A stretch of 64,000 bases of DNA from Tubiluchus corallicola (GCA_030141605.1 JAQGDQ010000290.1:124001-188000), one strand, 5' to 3'; counted from the first letter of the stretch, positions 39,529 to 53,586 are shown. The notes: generated from the sequence alone by a model not told the origin. A program made the numbers and translations.

Positions 39529-40283
39529 AGTCCTCGCTTAACGACACCAGTGTGTCCCAACAAAAAGCAATGTTAGGCAAAACGTCGTTAAATGAAGTCA
39601 ATACTTACATAAAATGTAATGTAAACAATTGATATACGTTCCAGAAGAAAAAAATGATGTTGCTTAAATGAAAAAAATTAAATGTTTTATGAGTTTTACT
39701 CATGAGTTTTAGCTAATTTCTTTCTGTTTGGTTAAAACCACCTACATAATATAATACGCCAACTTAGCGGTTTCTATTTCGTTAACGGCAACCGTTAAAC
39801 AATATGAACACTACAGCAGAGTCAAACCCAAGCCTTGAGGGGACCTTGCGAATTTTATTTCTAGAGATACTTAGTCCAGTTGCTACAGCAACAGGTTGCA
39901 GGCAAAATAGTTTGCTCCCAGGTCTTGTTTAACACAAATGGCTAGCATTTAGTGGTCAGTCAGGAAGCAAACGCCTAGTATTTAGTGGTCAGTCAGGAAG
40001 CAAATGGCTAGCATTTAATTGTCAGTCGGGAAGCAAAAATATGTGTGGTTGTATAATAGTTGTACTGTTTACGTTATTGGTGCATTTTTAGAACACAGTG
40101 ATGCAATGTGTATTGTTTCAAATTAGATAAAAAGTTATTGATAACACAAAAATTGCCTCTAAGCAAAGTAAAAAATCGTCGTTAAAATGAAACGGTGCGT
40201 CGTTAACTGAAAAAAAGTCAAATGTTCAGCATCGTTGAAACGAAACATCACTAAATATGGAGTCGTTAAGCGAAGACTTACTG
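39529..40283. mobile_element. Tc1/mariner-type MITE adjoining a truncated Tigger-like copy
   Basis: AAGTCCTCGCTTAACGAC ... GTCGTTAAGCGAAGACTTACTG-TA inverted ends. Confidence 0.7.
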
Positions 40284-41522
40284 TACTTTAAAATGGGGTA
40301 GGTAATGAAAAGTCATTCCGTGTTCTTTTGAACATCAACATTAACAAACATATGGAAAATTATTGGAAGACAACAGAATGCGAATTGGAAAAAAGCAAGG
40401 AATAAATGATTAACGTACCACATGGAATGACTACCAATCTACCGAGCTGGCGGAGAGATTCGAATGGGAAAAGTTGGAACTGCACAGGCAAGTATTAGCA
40501 ACACTGAAAGGAAAAGAATGGAATTCAAGGCAAGAGTTGGAGTTCAACATACACATAAACAATCAGCATAAACGCTACTTGATACAAAATGAGGCCGATT
40601 AAGGTGTGTTGGTGCCCTAAGCACAGCCAACACCTGGTGCCCGGTCTCTCTCGTCTACCCCGCGTCTCTGCACGCTTCAAAACATACATATTATATGATA
40701 CAAATTATGTGACATTATATATAAAATAAATTCCATTGCTCTCTGTAGGATTTAAGGCACTTAAATTCTTTATTGACTTCAAAGGAAAAATTTTAATGAA
40801 ATAAATCAGCTACAAAAAAGAGGGCATGATGTCTACTAATAGCAAGAAACAAACATTTACACCACCAGAGGCCACTAGTTATCGAAATGAGTTAACTAAG
40901 GTAAATATTAAGGACAATCTAATAATTTAACTTTAAGTAATCTTAATATATTCAGTAACACAATGGCTAATGCTGTTGTCACCTTTTTTTTAATTTAAAT
41001 TTTATGTTAACGTACTTCACTTAAATTTTTTCTGTTTTAAATATATTTTTTGGGAGTTTGATGCTCCTGAGCCTTGATGCGTTATGTATGTGCCTGGTCT
41101 CCTTAACATTCAAATGTAAATTTTATCATTCACTGGCGAGGGGCCAAATGCTAGACACTATTTCACATCAATATAGCCTTCATTTATTGTTGTGCAACTC
41201 CTCAAATACCTGATAGTCAATATTATTTTGAAGTATTGTTTCCAGGAGGCAAAAAATCTGTCCCACGTCAATGCATTGTTAAAACTTAGAGTTATTCAAG
41301 AATAAGAAAATTCAAAATCAGCAAGAAAAATTTCACGAAGAATTGCTCTTCAAAATGCATGTTTAATAGCAATTAACATGAACTCATCATAACATGCATC
41401 ATTATATCAATACATCAAAATAAGCAAGTTATGTAAAAACAATCTAGATTATCAAAAAAACATAAAGAATTTAAATATGCATAAAACAAACAAAAGAAAA
41501 GAAGCATAAATGTTACTGGTAC

Positions 41523-41671
41523 CTCTAGAAATACGTCGAGGGCGGCTCCAGCACATTTTCCTGAGTTCAAGGCACGTACTAGGGCGTCTTCATCCACCAC
41601 TCCACCTCGAGCAACATTTATGATACGAACACCATCCTTAGCTTGACTAAACATGTTGTCCCCGATTAAAT
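41523..41671 (-). CDS. PHGDH: D-3-phosphoglycerate dehydrogenase, exon 6
   Basis: [32 protein letters not shown]; phases consistent with neighbours. Confidence 0.95.
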
Positions 41672-41959
41672 CTACATAGCAAAATAGCAAGTGAGTTTGA
41701 CGTAGTATAGGCACAAAACCACTGAAGTATTAGCATGAAGAAAAGCTGACACTGCAATATTGTGTCCAATACATTGCTACTTTTGCAGGCTTGGATGTAG
41801 CATTCCATGCCTAATAATATATGAACGTATTGAGCCTTAACGACGGTTTCAAATGGAACAGTCATTGTCAATACTATAAATCAACCCAAGACAGGAATTA
41901 TCAGTACACTAATGATACTAAAATAATAAGGCAAAAAGATCATCACCATTTTAGTCAAA

Positions 41960-42558
41960 ATTGTAGGTCAAAACAATCTACTCTTTAAAATATTGAAAGG
42001 AAACACATTATTTTTTCAGAAATGATTTAAGTGAAAAAATTATTACCACCCAAACACAATTTTGCGTTTGTGACACTAGTTCCTTGCTGTTACATGCATT
42101 TAGCCATGTGCCTAGTCAGACGGGCACTTGCGCTTGCATTTCGGAAACCATTGCACAAAAACAGGTGCTGTACATCTCAGGTCAGATGTGTTAGTTTGTG
42201 ACGAACTACATACGTTCGACAGCTTATGCGTGAGCACAGCGGTAAATTTGAAATTTGAATTTTTATCTTGAAACTTGCCTAGTTTTAGTACAACACACTG
42301 AATATTCAACAGTAGTACTGTACTTCAATTTTTGCTTTCACAAACACGTGCAATACGCTCGTGGAATATTTTTGATGTTGAAAATTATGCTAGCTTAAGA
42401 TGTCATCAATAATTGGGCTCGCCCGCCATTAACTAAGTTTTTAATCTATTATTTAATTATCAGAAACGCTTTTGCAGTATTAATTGTGTTAAAATGTATA
42501 CTATTTGTCGGACTTGAAAATGGGATAGTATATGAAAAATCATCCCGTCTTCTTTTAA
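41960..42558 (+). mobile_element. Kolobok-like MITE copy (intronic)
   Basis: Colinear with 25800-26400; another partial copy at 46480-46900. Confidence 0.75.
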
Positions 42559-42899
42559 TATTTGCAATCTTTTACTGACGGCAATGCTCAAAAAGTAATT
42601 TGACTCACTCTGTAAGTTTGTCTGCTGACTGAAACTGAACTTACTTTCACATAATGCTACATAATCAAAACAATTTTCTCCAATAATAAAGTCTGAAATG
42701 ACATAAGTTTTATTACAGGATTAACAAACATCCTAGGGAACAATTGACTTAGACATGAAACTGAAAACTTTACGTCTCCTGATACAATGGAAAAGGGCGC
42801 TAAGCTGCTAATAATCTACAATACCTAATAACCAAATAAGTGCTTGCATAACCAAAATCGTCCGTAAGTCAGCAATTATTTTTTTCTAGTTATTCGCAC

Positions 42900-43330
42900 A
42901 TCCTGACTCTCCATTTCATGAGGATCATTTTGATACCAAACTCATCACTCTACGTTATTTCTAAGCTGAGATAATCCACGTTGAAGTTGAGGTGTGCACT
43001 GCGCACTGAGAAACATAATCTTGAGAAAAACGCTGTTAAAGTTTGCCATTGTTTTTTGTCGCATTTCTACAAAACACTTAGCAACCGCACAAATGTTGGT
43101 TGCTACGGACTTTGCAAGAACACATTGATGTTACGTTTAAATCCCGTAGATGGCTCTTCCTGAGGAAGATCTAGGCTTGGCAAGAGAAAAAACCCAAAGC
43201 AAAATCATTGCTTCCGTGAACTACTACCAGAGTTTGAAAATACAAATTTTTCTCAATTGTAGTAATAGTTTCTAGACAGAAAAGTGAGTACAGGATAATA
43301 CAATTAGATTTTTAGCATCTTCTAAACATT
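42900..43330 (+). mobile_element. Dispersed repeat, unclassified DNA element
   Basis: Reverse-complement homologue at 47400-47860. Confidence 0.75.
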
Positions 43331-43570
43331 TTCTTGACAATTTGATGCTAGAATATTAAAGTGCAGGATTTGTTTTTGAAAAAAAAGACATTTGATCAAA
43401 TTTTTGGTGAATTCTACTTTGAAGCATTGTAACGTATATTTAACTAGACCGACTTGTGTATGATTTTGGTTTGCAAGCAAACAAATATGTATGCTCAACA
43501 ACAAAATCATTACTTAAAGTAGCTTCTTTATTAATTAATATCATATCATAAAAAGATTATATAAACATAC

Positions 43571-43703
43571 TTTTCGTTGGAGGGATTAGTGGAACGTGTA
43601 CAGTAACGTAATCTGCTAATGGCCATATCTTATCTATAGGCATTCCCTCAACACCAAACTTTGCACTCTCTTCCGGTGGTACCAGAGGATCGAAACCAAT
43701 GGT
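43571..43703 (-). CDS. PHGDH: D-3-phosphoglycerate dehydrogenase, exon 5
   Basis: TIGFDPLVPPEESAKFGVEGMPIDKIWPLADYVTVHVPLIPPTK; CAG/GTATGT. Confidence 0.94.
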
Positions 43704-44209
43704 CTGGAAAACACAAGAACATTTAAAAGCCAGAAGTTTAATGCGTTAAAGTTTTCTGAAGTTTTATTTTTATCACATTGAGTACAACAGTAACACTAAA
43801 TATATGACGACAAACTATTGATACTGTTACATCTCACGGTAATATTATGTCTCACTATCATTATTGCATAGTTGCTGTATGTCAGTGGTTAAGCATACCA
43901 CAGCAACACGTCTTAACTACAAGTGACATGACGTAAAGCAAAGCTGTCTGCTGCATCACTTACAACGTCATTTTCTTGTTGTTTTATGTGGACTTTACTG
44001 AATTATACACTATCATTACCATAAAAAAATAAATGAACTCCAGTGGGCTAGAGAAGCAAAGGCTAGTATACGCCCACTGATGTGTGAATCAAAAAAGATC
44101 AGAGAGAAAGGTTAGATCACATGGGGAAAGGATGAAGGGTAAGCACACATACTTTTCTTTACGAAACATGAGTAATTCTAAGTTCTAAGTATGTAGTCTA
44201 TTGCATTAC

Positions 44210-44366
44210 CTTCATGCCGAATGATTGCATCCGTGTCGCCACCTCTCTGCCTATACGTCCTAGCCCAATAATGGCAAGAGTTTTACCAAATACCTCATTG
44301 CCCATCAGATTTTTCCTGTCCTTCCATCTACCTTCTCTGACGGCAAGGTTACCTTGTGGTATAAAC
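44210..44366 (-). CDS. PHGDH: D-3-phosphoglycerate dehydrogenase, exon 4
   Basis: Rossmann motif [26 protein letters not shown]. Confidence 0.95.
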
Positions 44367-45714
44367 CTGCATAACAACATGTTCTCGTTAAAGAAGCTGC
44401 AGCCTGTACGGTTTCTTCACTCGAAGAAACATGTCAGCAGTGCGCTGATATTTTACATTAATATTTTTGAAAACCCTCGAAGTAGCGAGGGAACACTGTA
44501 TTACTTAAATAAATGATGAAAGTTCATTCTTTTTTACGAGTTCGCATTACCAGTGTGTACGCAATAAACCATGTTTGTTATAAAGGTATTATACTGCAGT
44601 AAGATTAAGTGCGTGTCCAAGTACCCGAATGGTTTTATAAGACACATTGAGAAAATTAAATTTGGAAAATTCTTAGCACCTTTATGCAGGTATCTTAATT
44701 TGTGTACGTGTATGTTTAATATTGCAACAAATATTTTAACGAACAATAGTCTTTCTATCATCTCATGTATGAGTTTCATTCATTATATCATTCCATTCTG
44801 AAGCACTAAATGTTTTCATTATCACATGATTCACTTCATAATTTTCAGGTTTTTTTCATAATTCTTTTTACTTTCACGGGTTGGGACAAACTAACAAGCC
44901 CTGCTTTTTGACTGTCCCTCAACGCATTTACACTTACATATAGACATACGCGAGAATGAGGCTTCTCCTATTCCAAAACAGTAAAAAATTGCACTATATT
45001 CAAATTAGGATTTTTGAGCATTATGCACTGTATTTTTGTGAATAAAAATTGTTGTAAATATATTGTGTGAAATAAATGACTTACGACTGATGTGGATGTT
45101 GAAATCATCAATTATGTAAATGTGTTTTTAGACAGCTACCAGGGACATGTTTAAAACCCAAAGTAAATGAGTAAGTAAGTAAGTAAGCAAGCGATTTATT
45201 CTCAATACAGTATAATACATACGATGAAATTTATGTGGTTTTACGTACTGCAATAGCTTATAGAAACAACAAGGAGATTAACACAAATAATTCATTCAGT
45301 TGTACAGTGACATAGAGAATTAATATTGGAGATTTACTGAAATTTACTGTTGATGGTGCGAATTGCAACGAGATAGAAAGAATTTAACTTTCTTTTTGTG
45401 GTTTTATGCAAATCATATGCAAGTCAGAATGGAATACAAGTTTATGTAAGCAATAAACAATATAGATGGATTATTAACTGACTGTTTTGTTTACAAAAAT
45501 GGGTCACTTCTTTTCAAATGTATTAATGTTATAAATGAAATAAATAAACATTTATATAAATGATAAATAAAAACTATGTAGATTGACATGTAACGTATGT
45601 TTTATGAACGGTTCAAAACAAAAAAACGGACAGAATAAAAAATGCCGATGCTAGTAAATCTGTAAACAATAGTTAAAGTTACAAAGAAAAAATAAACAAT
45701 AAAAACTTAAGTAC

Positions 45715-45780
45715 CTTGAGCAAGCCATTATCATTGCACAGGTGTGCTCAGCTGCGCTCATAGTATTTCCCAGTGGAGTG
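45715..45780 (-). CDS. PHGDH: D-3-phosphoglycerate dehydrogenase, exon 3
   Basis: NTPLGNTMSAAEHTCAMIMACSR, 66 nt, phase 2/2. Confidence 0.93.
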
Positions 45781-47010
45781 CTGAAAAAATTGTTGGTATC
45801 ATTTTAATTATTCTGAATGATTTTAGACACATGGGGTGAGTTATTTTATAATCTTAAACAAGTAACTGTTACACTTCATGATTTTTTATGAGACTAGTTA
45901 ACATTCATTAGGCAATCAAAAACTGTTTTTAAAGGAAAGGTTAAGTCTTCTGCAAAGTTAGGCTTTATTTCAATATTCACAAAAGATGCTAGAGGGATTT
46001 AGTAATGAAAGTTTGATAAGCATCTTGTGTAATTAGTAAAATCGCTAAAGTTACGATCGCTTTGCATTTGTACGCCTACTCTTCTATCAATGATGCCGTT
46101 CGTCAACTAAAGAAAAACAGCGTACTGCCAATTTCGGTTTAAAATTACAATAATTTTAAACAAAAAATTAGATTAGCCAATTATGTGATATTTTCGTAAG
46201 CTCCAGAATCATGAATTAGTTTAAGCAACACACACAAGTTTATGGAAAGCAATGAAGCACTTACGAAAAGTCACAAAGTCACCAATTATGACATAATTTT
46301 CAAGTGAATGGCAGCTATCGCTCTTGCCTGAAAATTTCCATAGAACTTCACGCTTTATAAACGCATTTTTTGCAAATTTCCTTGGTAAATTTTTCTAAGT
46401 TTAAGTGGTAGTAGTAAAACAGTATGTCGAGTTTATTTTTGCTGTTTAGGGGGGCTAGTCCTTATATATTCATTTCACCATTCACTAGTTAGATTGGCAT
46501 TGCCTGCATCTCGGAAATGTAGCACAAAATCAGGTGCTGTGCATCTCAATTCACACGTTAATACACACGTTCGAAAGCACACGCGTGAGCACATCAGTAA
46601 ACTTGAAATTACAATTTTAAAATTAATTTTCGCTGAGTTTTTGTATATATCACACTGAATGTGGTACAGAGCACTGTACTTCAATTTCTGTTTTGACAAA
46701 CATGTGCAACACGCTCGTGGAATGCTTGCGCTGTTGAAAATTGTTCAGTTGTGATATCACCACTAATTGGCCTCACTAGCTGCTAATTAAGTATTAAACC
46801 TATTATTTATCAGAAATTATAGGTGCTAAAATGTATATTTTCTACTGTACTACAATACAAAGTGGTGTAGAATGTGAAAAATCATCCTGTTTTCCTTAAA
46901 TATAAATTTCTGTACCTATCGTGTGCCCGTTATGTTCACTTTAAAAACTACAGGTGCCTTTCCAATTAACAATACAATGGTTAACTACTTGAGGTGAGTA
47001 ACCTGCATAC

Positions 47011-47165
47011 TTTAGCACAACAATGCCATTAGCTTTTGAAGCGCTGATGTCAATATTATCAACACCAGTTCCAGCTCGTCCAATCAGCTTCAACTTTCCC
47101 TTGGCAGCGGAAATAACATCAGCAGTGACTTTCGTCTGCGACCGAACGACCAAGGCATCGTAATT
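47011..47165 (-). CDS. PHGDH: D-3-phosphoglycerate dehydrogenase, exon 2
   Basis: [17 protein letters not shown]...[12 protein letters not shown]. Confidence 0.95.
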
Positions 47166-48024
47166 CTGCAAAAATAAAAAGGAACAATTTAAACTTTCAA
47201 AATTTATTGAAAGAAGCTACCAAATGAGATGAAAATTTTTTGATCTATATGTGAGCTTGCAAACCAAAACTGTCCATAAGTATGCATAGTTAAAACTACG
47301 TTATGACGCTTCAAAGTAGAATGGACCGAAAATTTAGTCAAATGTCAATTTTTTCTATATTATAAAAAAAGACTAAATATATTGGACTTTTATATTCTAC
47401 AATCAAATTATCTAGAAAGTTCAAAAAAATACTGAAAATCTAATTTTTTTAACTCTGTGCCCACTTTTTTGGCAAGAAACTAGTACTGCAATTGTCAAAA
47501 ACTTGTATTTTCAAATTCAGATAGTAGCTCCTGGAAGCAGTCATTTTGCTTCAGGTTTTTTCACCTGCCAAGCCCAGATCTTCATCAGGAACAGCCATCT
47601 ACTGGATTTAAACATAATTTCAATGTCTTCCTGATGTACGTGTGTTCTTGCAAAATCCGTAGCAACCAACATTTGTGTGGTTGCTAAGTGTTTTGTAGAA
47701 ATGCGACAAAAACGATGGCTAATTTTAATAGCGATTTTCTCAAGATTATGTTTCCAGTGCATAGCCTGCACCTCAACTTCAACATGGATTACCACAGCTT
47801 AGAAATATCATAGAGCGATGGGCTTGGAATCAAAATTATCCTCATGAAATGAAGATTCGAAGTTCGTAACTATTTATGTAGTTTGACAAAATTCAATTCA
47901 TAATTAAAAGTATACGCATTCTTAACACGATGCACGACCTGTAATTAGTTCAACATTCAAATTACAGATACGGTGACGTACATCAGGAAGACATGTGACA
48001 AACTAGAAAAGCCGAACATCTAAC

Positions 48025-48153
48025 CTTGATTTCCTGAACAAGCTGATCCTTGTCCAAGTTCGTTTTGACATCTACATTAAGCCCACCATCCCTGAGTGTC
48101 TGCGGACAGATATCCGCAATATTATCAGTAATTAAAACCTTTTCAATTAACAT
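48025..48153 (-). CDS. PHGDH: D-3-phosphoglycerate dehydrogenase, exon 1
   Basis: MLIEKVLITD...LVQEIK then GTTAGA donor, phase 0. Confidence 0.92.
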
Positions 48154-50172
48154 TTTAAAATTTAAAGACGAAAAGAAACGAAAACACGTGTATGCAGAAC
48201 GCACTGCCATCTAGACTACGTTAGGCAAAATCATAACGGAAAATTAACAGTTTCTCCGTGGTTTTCCATAGATTAGCAGCGCCATCTCTTTCCTGGTTTA
48301 GTTACTTTAACAAATAGCAATAGGCTCTATTTTCTTTGCTTTCACTGCTGTTTTGTATTATCTTAGAGGCTTTGTTGTAATTGCGCACATTATACGACAA
48401 AAAAACTACGTGAAATAAGAGTATAATAAAAGCAAGAGTACTAAATTTCCTCATTTGCGGAATTACCACTTTTATTATCATAGGAGGGCTTATACGCAGA
48501 CTTTTATCAAAAATAATGCTTTCATGCAATTAGTATACTTTCTCTAATAAAGTAAAAACTTATTTCAATTTTTTTGCAAAAAACACCAACGCCATTACTA
48601 AATAAAAACAATGGAAGCCATTATTATACTGCTAATTTATGCAGCTTTCATAATTTAATTTTTATTATAAGTAAACTTTTTTTCAGCATCTATTATTTAC
48701 ACATACAGGTTACAATATTAAGTCTTAGCTACTGTGGCACATGCAGATCCATTCACAGAATTGTATGTCATGATACAGGTACATGCAATTTCACAACATC
48801 TGTAACAACTAGTTTTAGTACTGAATTACTAATTAACAAAAACAAAGAAATTAATTAGCAAAAACTGTGAAGCAGCACAGTAAAAATCAATAAATTAACA
48901 AAAATAATACGAAATATATTGTGTCTGAATAATAACAGTGAATCCCAAGAAGACGCCTTTTTATTTAACTATAACAGGTTTTGAAACATTCTTATCAAAG
49001 TTAAGTAAAAATACATGTTTTACAGGAAGGAACTAAAATTTCAAATGATACAGTTATGCAAACTACAAAACCAATGGAGATATACAACCTTACATAATTA
49101 TTAATAGCACAATTATGTTTATGTTATTAATAATTTAAATTTTTGCAAATTTTTAGATTTGTTTCTCGAATTTTTCTAAAGCAGCAAAAAATTCTTTTCC
49201 TTTAAAGAATAAACTTACAGCAAACTTACATCTAAAATTATTAGTAAGTACCTAATAAACCATCCTGAGAGTATTCAGTGTTTTAAAATTGGTATTTATT
49301 TAAAACCTATTAACGAACTTCTGAAGTGTCAAAAATCCAGAAAATGTCGACACATTGATCGCTGTAATCACCCAATTTTGCTTAAAACGATAAAAATTAT
49401 ACAAGTGTTATGGATATTAACAACTGGACTGGCATGCTGACAACTCTGTCGACCAAATCTCCCCATTTTTTGCCAAATCAACAGGCTGCTTCTGCTTACA
49501 ATCAAATGTGCAACACATGCCAAATAAAAGCAGTTTAGAAAATGACATTTGGATTTTGTTAGCAATTACAGCTTGCAATTTATTTTCTTCTAGTTTGGAC
49601 GCATGCCAGCGATCATGCAAATCCTTAGAGGTGTTTACAATCATTTCCATACTAATACATCAAATATCTGAAATTCAAAATTCACAGATTCGGCAAGAGG
49701 TACAGTGATTAAAGTGTTGACGTGTACGTCACAGTAAATGAGCTTTCGTGATTTTTGAGAAATCTTGAAATTATCTAAAATAAGTTTCAACTAATAACAA
49801 AAAAGTTTGAATTACATTTACTCAGTTTACAAAATGGTTGTTATCACTCACTTTTTAACAACAACATTTTAAAATTATAATAAGTCAAAGTAAGTCAGTT
49901 TTCCTTATTAATGTCACTAGGCCAACAAGCTATTTTGTGACTAGAAAGTAGTAATGACTAGACAATATAGTGAGCATCTGCACCAAGGTCAACATGGAAA
50001 AATAACACAAAGTAATTGTTCCTGCACCCAAAACAAATCATCTGACACCTCGTCTAAGCTCATTCATCATTTTTTCACGGTTAAACCTCAGTTATACATC
50101 CTGGCATTTAAGTGAGTAACTCAGCTTTTGGACAACGTCACAAACACAACTAGTTTCACACATTAGCATGTA

Positions 50173-50610
50173 CCGTATTTTCCCGTGTATAAGAGACCCT
50201 TTTTTGCTCAGAATTTTCACTTTAAAAATAGGGGGTCTCTTATACATGGGAGTAAGTCTTTTCAATAAGATGCATAAATTGTGACACTAATGATTTTAAA
50301 GAAATAAGTGCTCTACAACTGTTTTGCCTGTCGCGTTCGACTATGAAGCGGTTGTAAGCAATACAAGCATCGTGACACAGGCATTATCTCCTCGTTTTCT
50401 CTTTTCCTGTTACAGGTTTGCAGGTACGCACTTTAATATATACCAGTACTCTTTTTCTACAACACATTAACTGGTTTTATTTTGTTTTCAGTACCGCACT
50501 GAGTTGAAAAAAGTTGTACTTTACCCTCTAAAAATGTCCGTCTGAAAAAACTTTTTTCCAGAATTTTTGCCTAAAAATTGAAGGGGTCTCTTATACACGG
50601 GAAAATACGG
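50173..50610. mobile_element. pogo/Tigger-like MITE just downstream of the syntaxin stop codon
   Basis: TA-CCGTATTTTCCCGTGTATAAGAGACCC ... GGGTCTCTTATACACGGGAAAATACGG-TA: perfect TIRs with TA TSD. Confidence 0.9.
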
Positions 50611-50792
50611 TATACACAAATAAAACAAGTTTGGTAAAAGGAAAACATAATATTCCAAGATAAAATTCGTTGATTGTCCAAGTTCAGATTGCGACTTTGG
50701 GTCCTCCTGAAGACTTCGATGCATGATGTATGGTGTAGATGATGTGGGTTACTTCAGTGAGTTTATGACTCTTTTGATTGTCGTTTGAAAAT

Positions 50793-50885
50793 TTAACGCA
50801 AAGCTGCCCAAATGATAAGAGCAAAGACGATGCATATGGCTATTAGTATCAGGACTATTATGAAAGCTTTCTTTCGCGACTTTGA
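50793..50885 (-). CDS. STX7: Syntaxin-7/12, exon 9 (transmembrane anchor)
   Basis: SKSRKKAFIIVLILIAICIVFALIIWAALR*. Confidence 0.9.
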   Translation of the reverse strand, partial: SKSRKKAFIIVLILIAICIVFALIIWAALR

Positions 50886-51375
50886 CTGAAAATATAAAAA
50901 ATAATAAGAGTTACCAATTTAATTCTCATATGTTATATACTATTATTATTGTTATTCTTTATTTTCAAAAATTATGTACAAAATACATTCACTCTCTTTG
51001 TAGGGATATGTTTAAAACATATAAAAGCATTTACAATGCATAAGACCTATTCACATATATATAATTTAGAATCTAACGCATGAGATACAACGAACGACAA
51101 CGATCATGTAGTTACAGATAGTTATAGATACATAGTTGCAATCTATCACAACAGTCATAAATGTATATATATGTTTATTTATATCATATAATGATTATAT
51201 AGTATGAAGACATTACTCTAAGGAGCGTCAACTACAAAAAACGAACATAGCACAACATAAACAAACACTTTTTTCAGAAATACACCAATTATATTTATAT
51301 AATCATTAATAGTGGTACTGCAATGCTAAACAAAATGAAGTGGCGACAAAGAAAAATGTCTAAAACATGAAGAAA

Positions 51376-51611
<236 letters not shown>

Positions 51612-51666
51612 CTATTTTCTAAAATTCCAAAAGGGACAACTTGTGACAGCAATTTTAAATTCCTAC

Positions 51667-51749
51667 CTGCAATTCACTAGCCTTGCGCAATGACTGAGTG
51701 CCTTCTTCTACGTGAACGGTTGCCCTTTCAACATTTGCTTCTATTGAAT
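51667..51749 (-). CDS. STX7: Syntaxin-7/12, exon 8 (SNARE motif, C-half)
   Basis: DSIEANVERATVHVEEGTQSLRKASELQ. Confidence 0.93.
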
Positions 51750-53310
51750 CTAAAATGGCACATCAAGAATCAGTTAAGTTCACTCCAAATAGCAATTACA
51801 TTTGTCTGCATTAATCTCTGAATTCACTGTGAACAAATGCCAACAATGAACTGGATCACAAATCACACGATGGAGTGTGATAATCTGTTGTGAATATTCA
51901 CAGTAGGGAAAGATTATGGTGTGTTGTTGCACTAAGTACACCAAGCACTCTAACCTTTGCCTCAGGTCACTATGTGCATGTTTCGCATATGTATTAAATG
52001 ACACAAATTATGCAACATTGTAAATATAAAAAACAAATACCATGAAAAGAAACTCCTATAAAAAACAAACTCCTTTGCTCTATACAGGATATATGTTTAA
52101 TAAACCAGGTACAAAATGGAAGATATGATTCCAGCCAACAGTAAAAAAAACTCAAAACGTTGTTAAACAGAAAGCCAAAATGGCCCTAATGCAATTGATC
52201 ACAAAACTTCCTGCTCTGTAGGACCTTAGCTAATGGCTGTTGCAAATGTTGTGGTTACAGTGTTGCCAAGTTGCCATGCAATAAATGAAAACATGGTGAT
52301 AAAAGGTGAAGACCCTAGCTACTATGATGTTATCTAGTGATATGAAAAACAATCCAGCCATGGTCCCTCATTCTCCTGTAGCCCTCTACCTCACATTTTC
52401 AACTGTGAAAGACTTACAGTATTTAACATACTTTACTAAACAAATTTTATCATTTTCAATTTCTTCTTTTCGTCAGTTTTGTGACCCGTGAGCTTTGGTG
52501 TGCTGAGCACGTGCTTAGTCTGCTTATGCACTAATGTGACACTGCACAATAGCTTTGATTTAGGTTACTAATGGCTTCAATTTATAAAGTGTTAAAACAA
52601 GAAACAAAATTTCAAAAAACCCTTGGTGAGAAAGTCAAAAACAAAAGTGAGAAAGAAGCAGCAAAACTCTGTTGTTACTAAAACAAAGCCTAGCTAAACA
52701 GAAAGTCATTAAACAAGGACTTACGGTTTTTATGTTTCGTTAAACTTATGCTAAATACATTTGTGTATTACACTGAGTTGACGTACATCTCCTTATAAGT
52801 TCACGGCTGTTTTAAATTTGCTGTACTTGCCTCAGATAGATTGATTCGTTTTAATCAAAATTCATGAGACAATGGAAATGATAAATTGTGGATTCTATTA
52901 TAAATTTAAATGTCTCAATCTGTAGCACAACGGTCAAGTTCCACTATATTCCAGAGATTCCAGTATGGATAAAGACTAGTTAGCATGACTAATTTCAAAA
53001 TGCTCTAAAAATCTCCTGACTAGAATGTCTAGCGTCTCAATCTCCTTTGCACATAGAAAGCAGCCTCGTATTTCATGTGATGGAGATGTTTAAGGGTAAA
53101 TGAGAGTCAGTGGAAACAATGGAAGTGCTAATTTGGAAGCGAAATATTGGAAGCGATAAAAGTGGAAATTTTATCATATTATTATATAATTTTATTAACA
53201 GTATAACAATCATGTACCTATTATTATTCAAGCTTACTTACCAACCACCTCCCCCCTATTATTCAGGCTTACTTACCAACCACCTCCCCCTATTATTCAG
53301 GCTTACTTAC

Positions 53311-53383
53311 CAACCACCTCCCCCTGCTCATGGACCATCATCCCCAAATCTTTGAAAATGATATTAACATCTTGAATGTCTGC
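53311..53383 (-). CDS. STX7: Syntaxin-7/12, exon 7 (Qa-SNARE 0-layer)
   Basis: ADIQDVNIIFKDLGMMVHEQGEVV. Confidence 0.94.
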
Positions 53384-53586
53384 CTAAATAAAAAAAAACA
53401 ATAATTTTTACACAGCTGTGTTTTGTTTCTCTCAGACGGCTTGTAGAGAAAGCCAGAAAACACGTCGTCAAATTAAACTAGTTTATTATGCGAGAATTCT
53501 ACAAGTGATAATCTGGAAACATGTAAACGAGAGTGTGCACATCTGAGAATCTGAGAATACGAGAATAAACTCCAGCGGCCAGCTCC

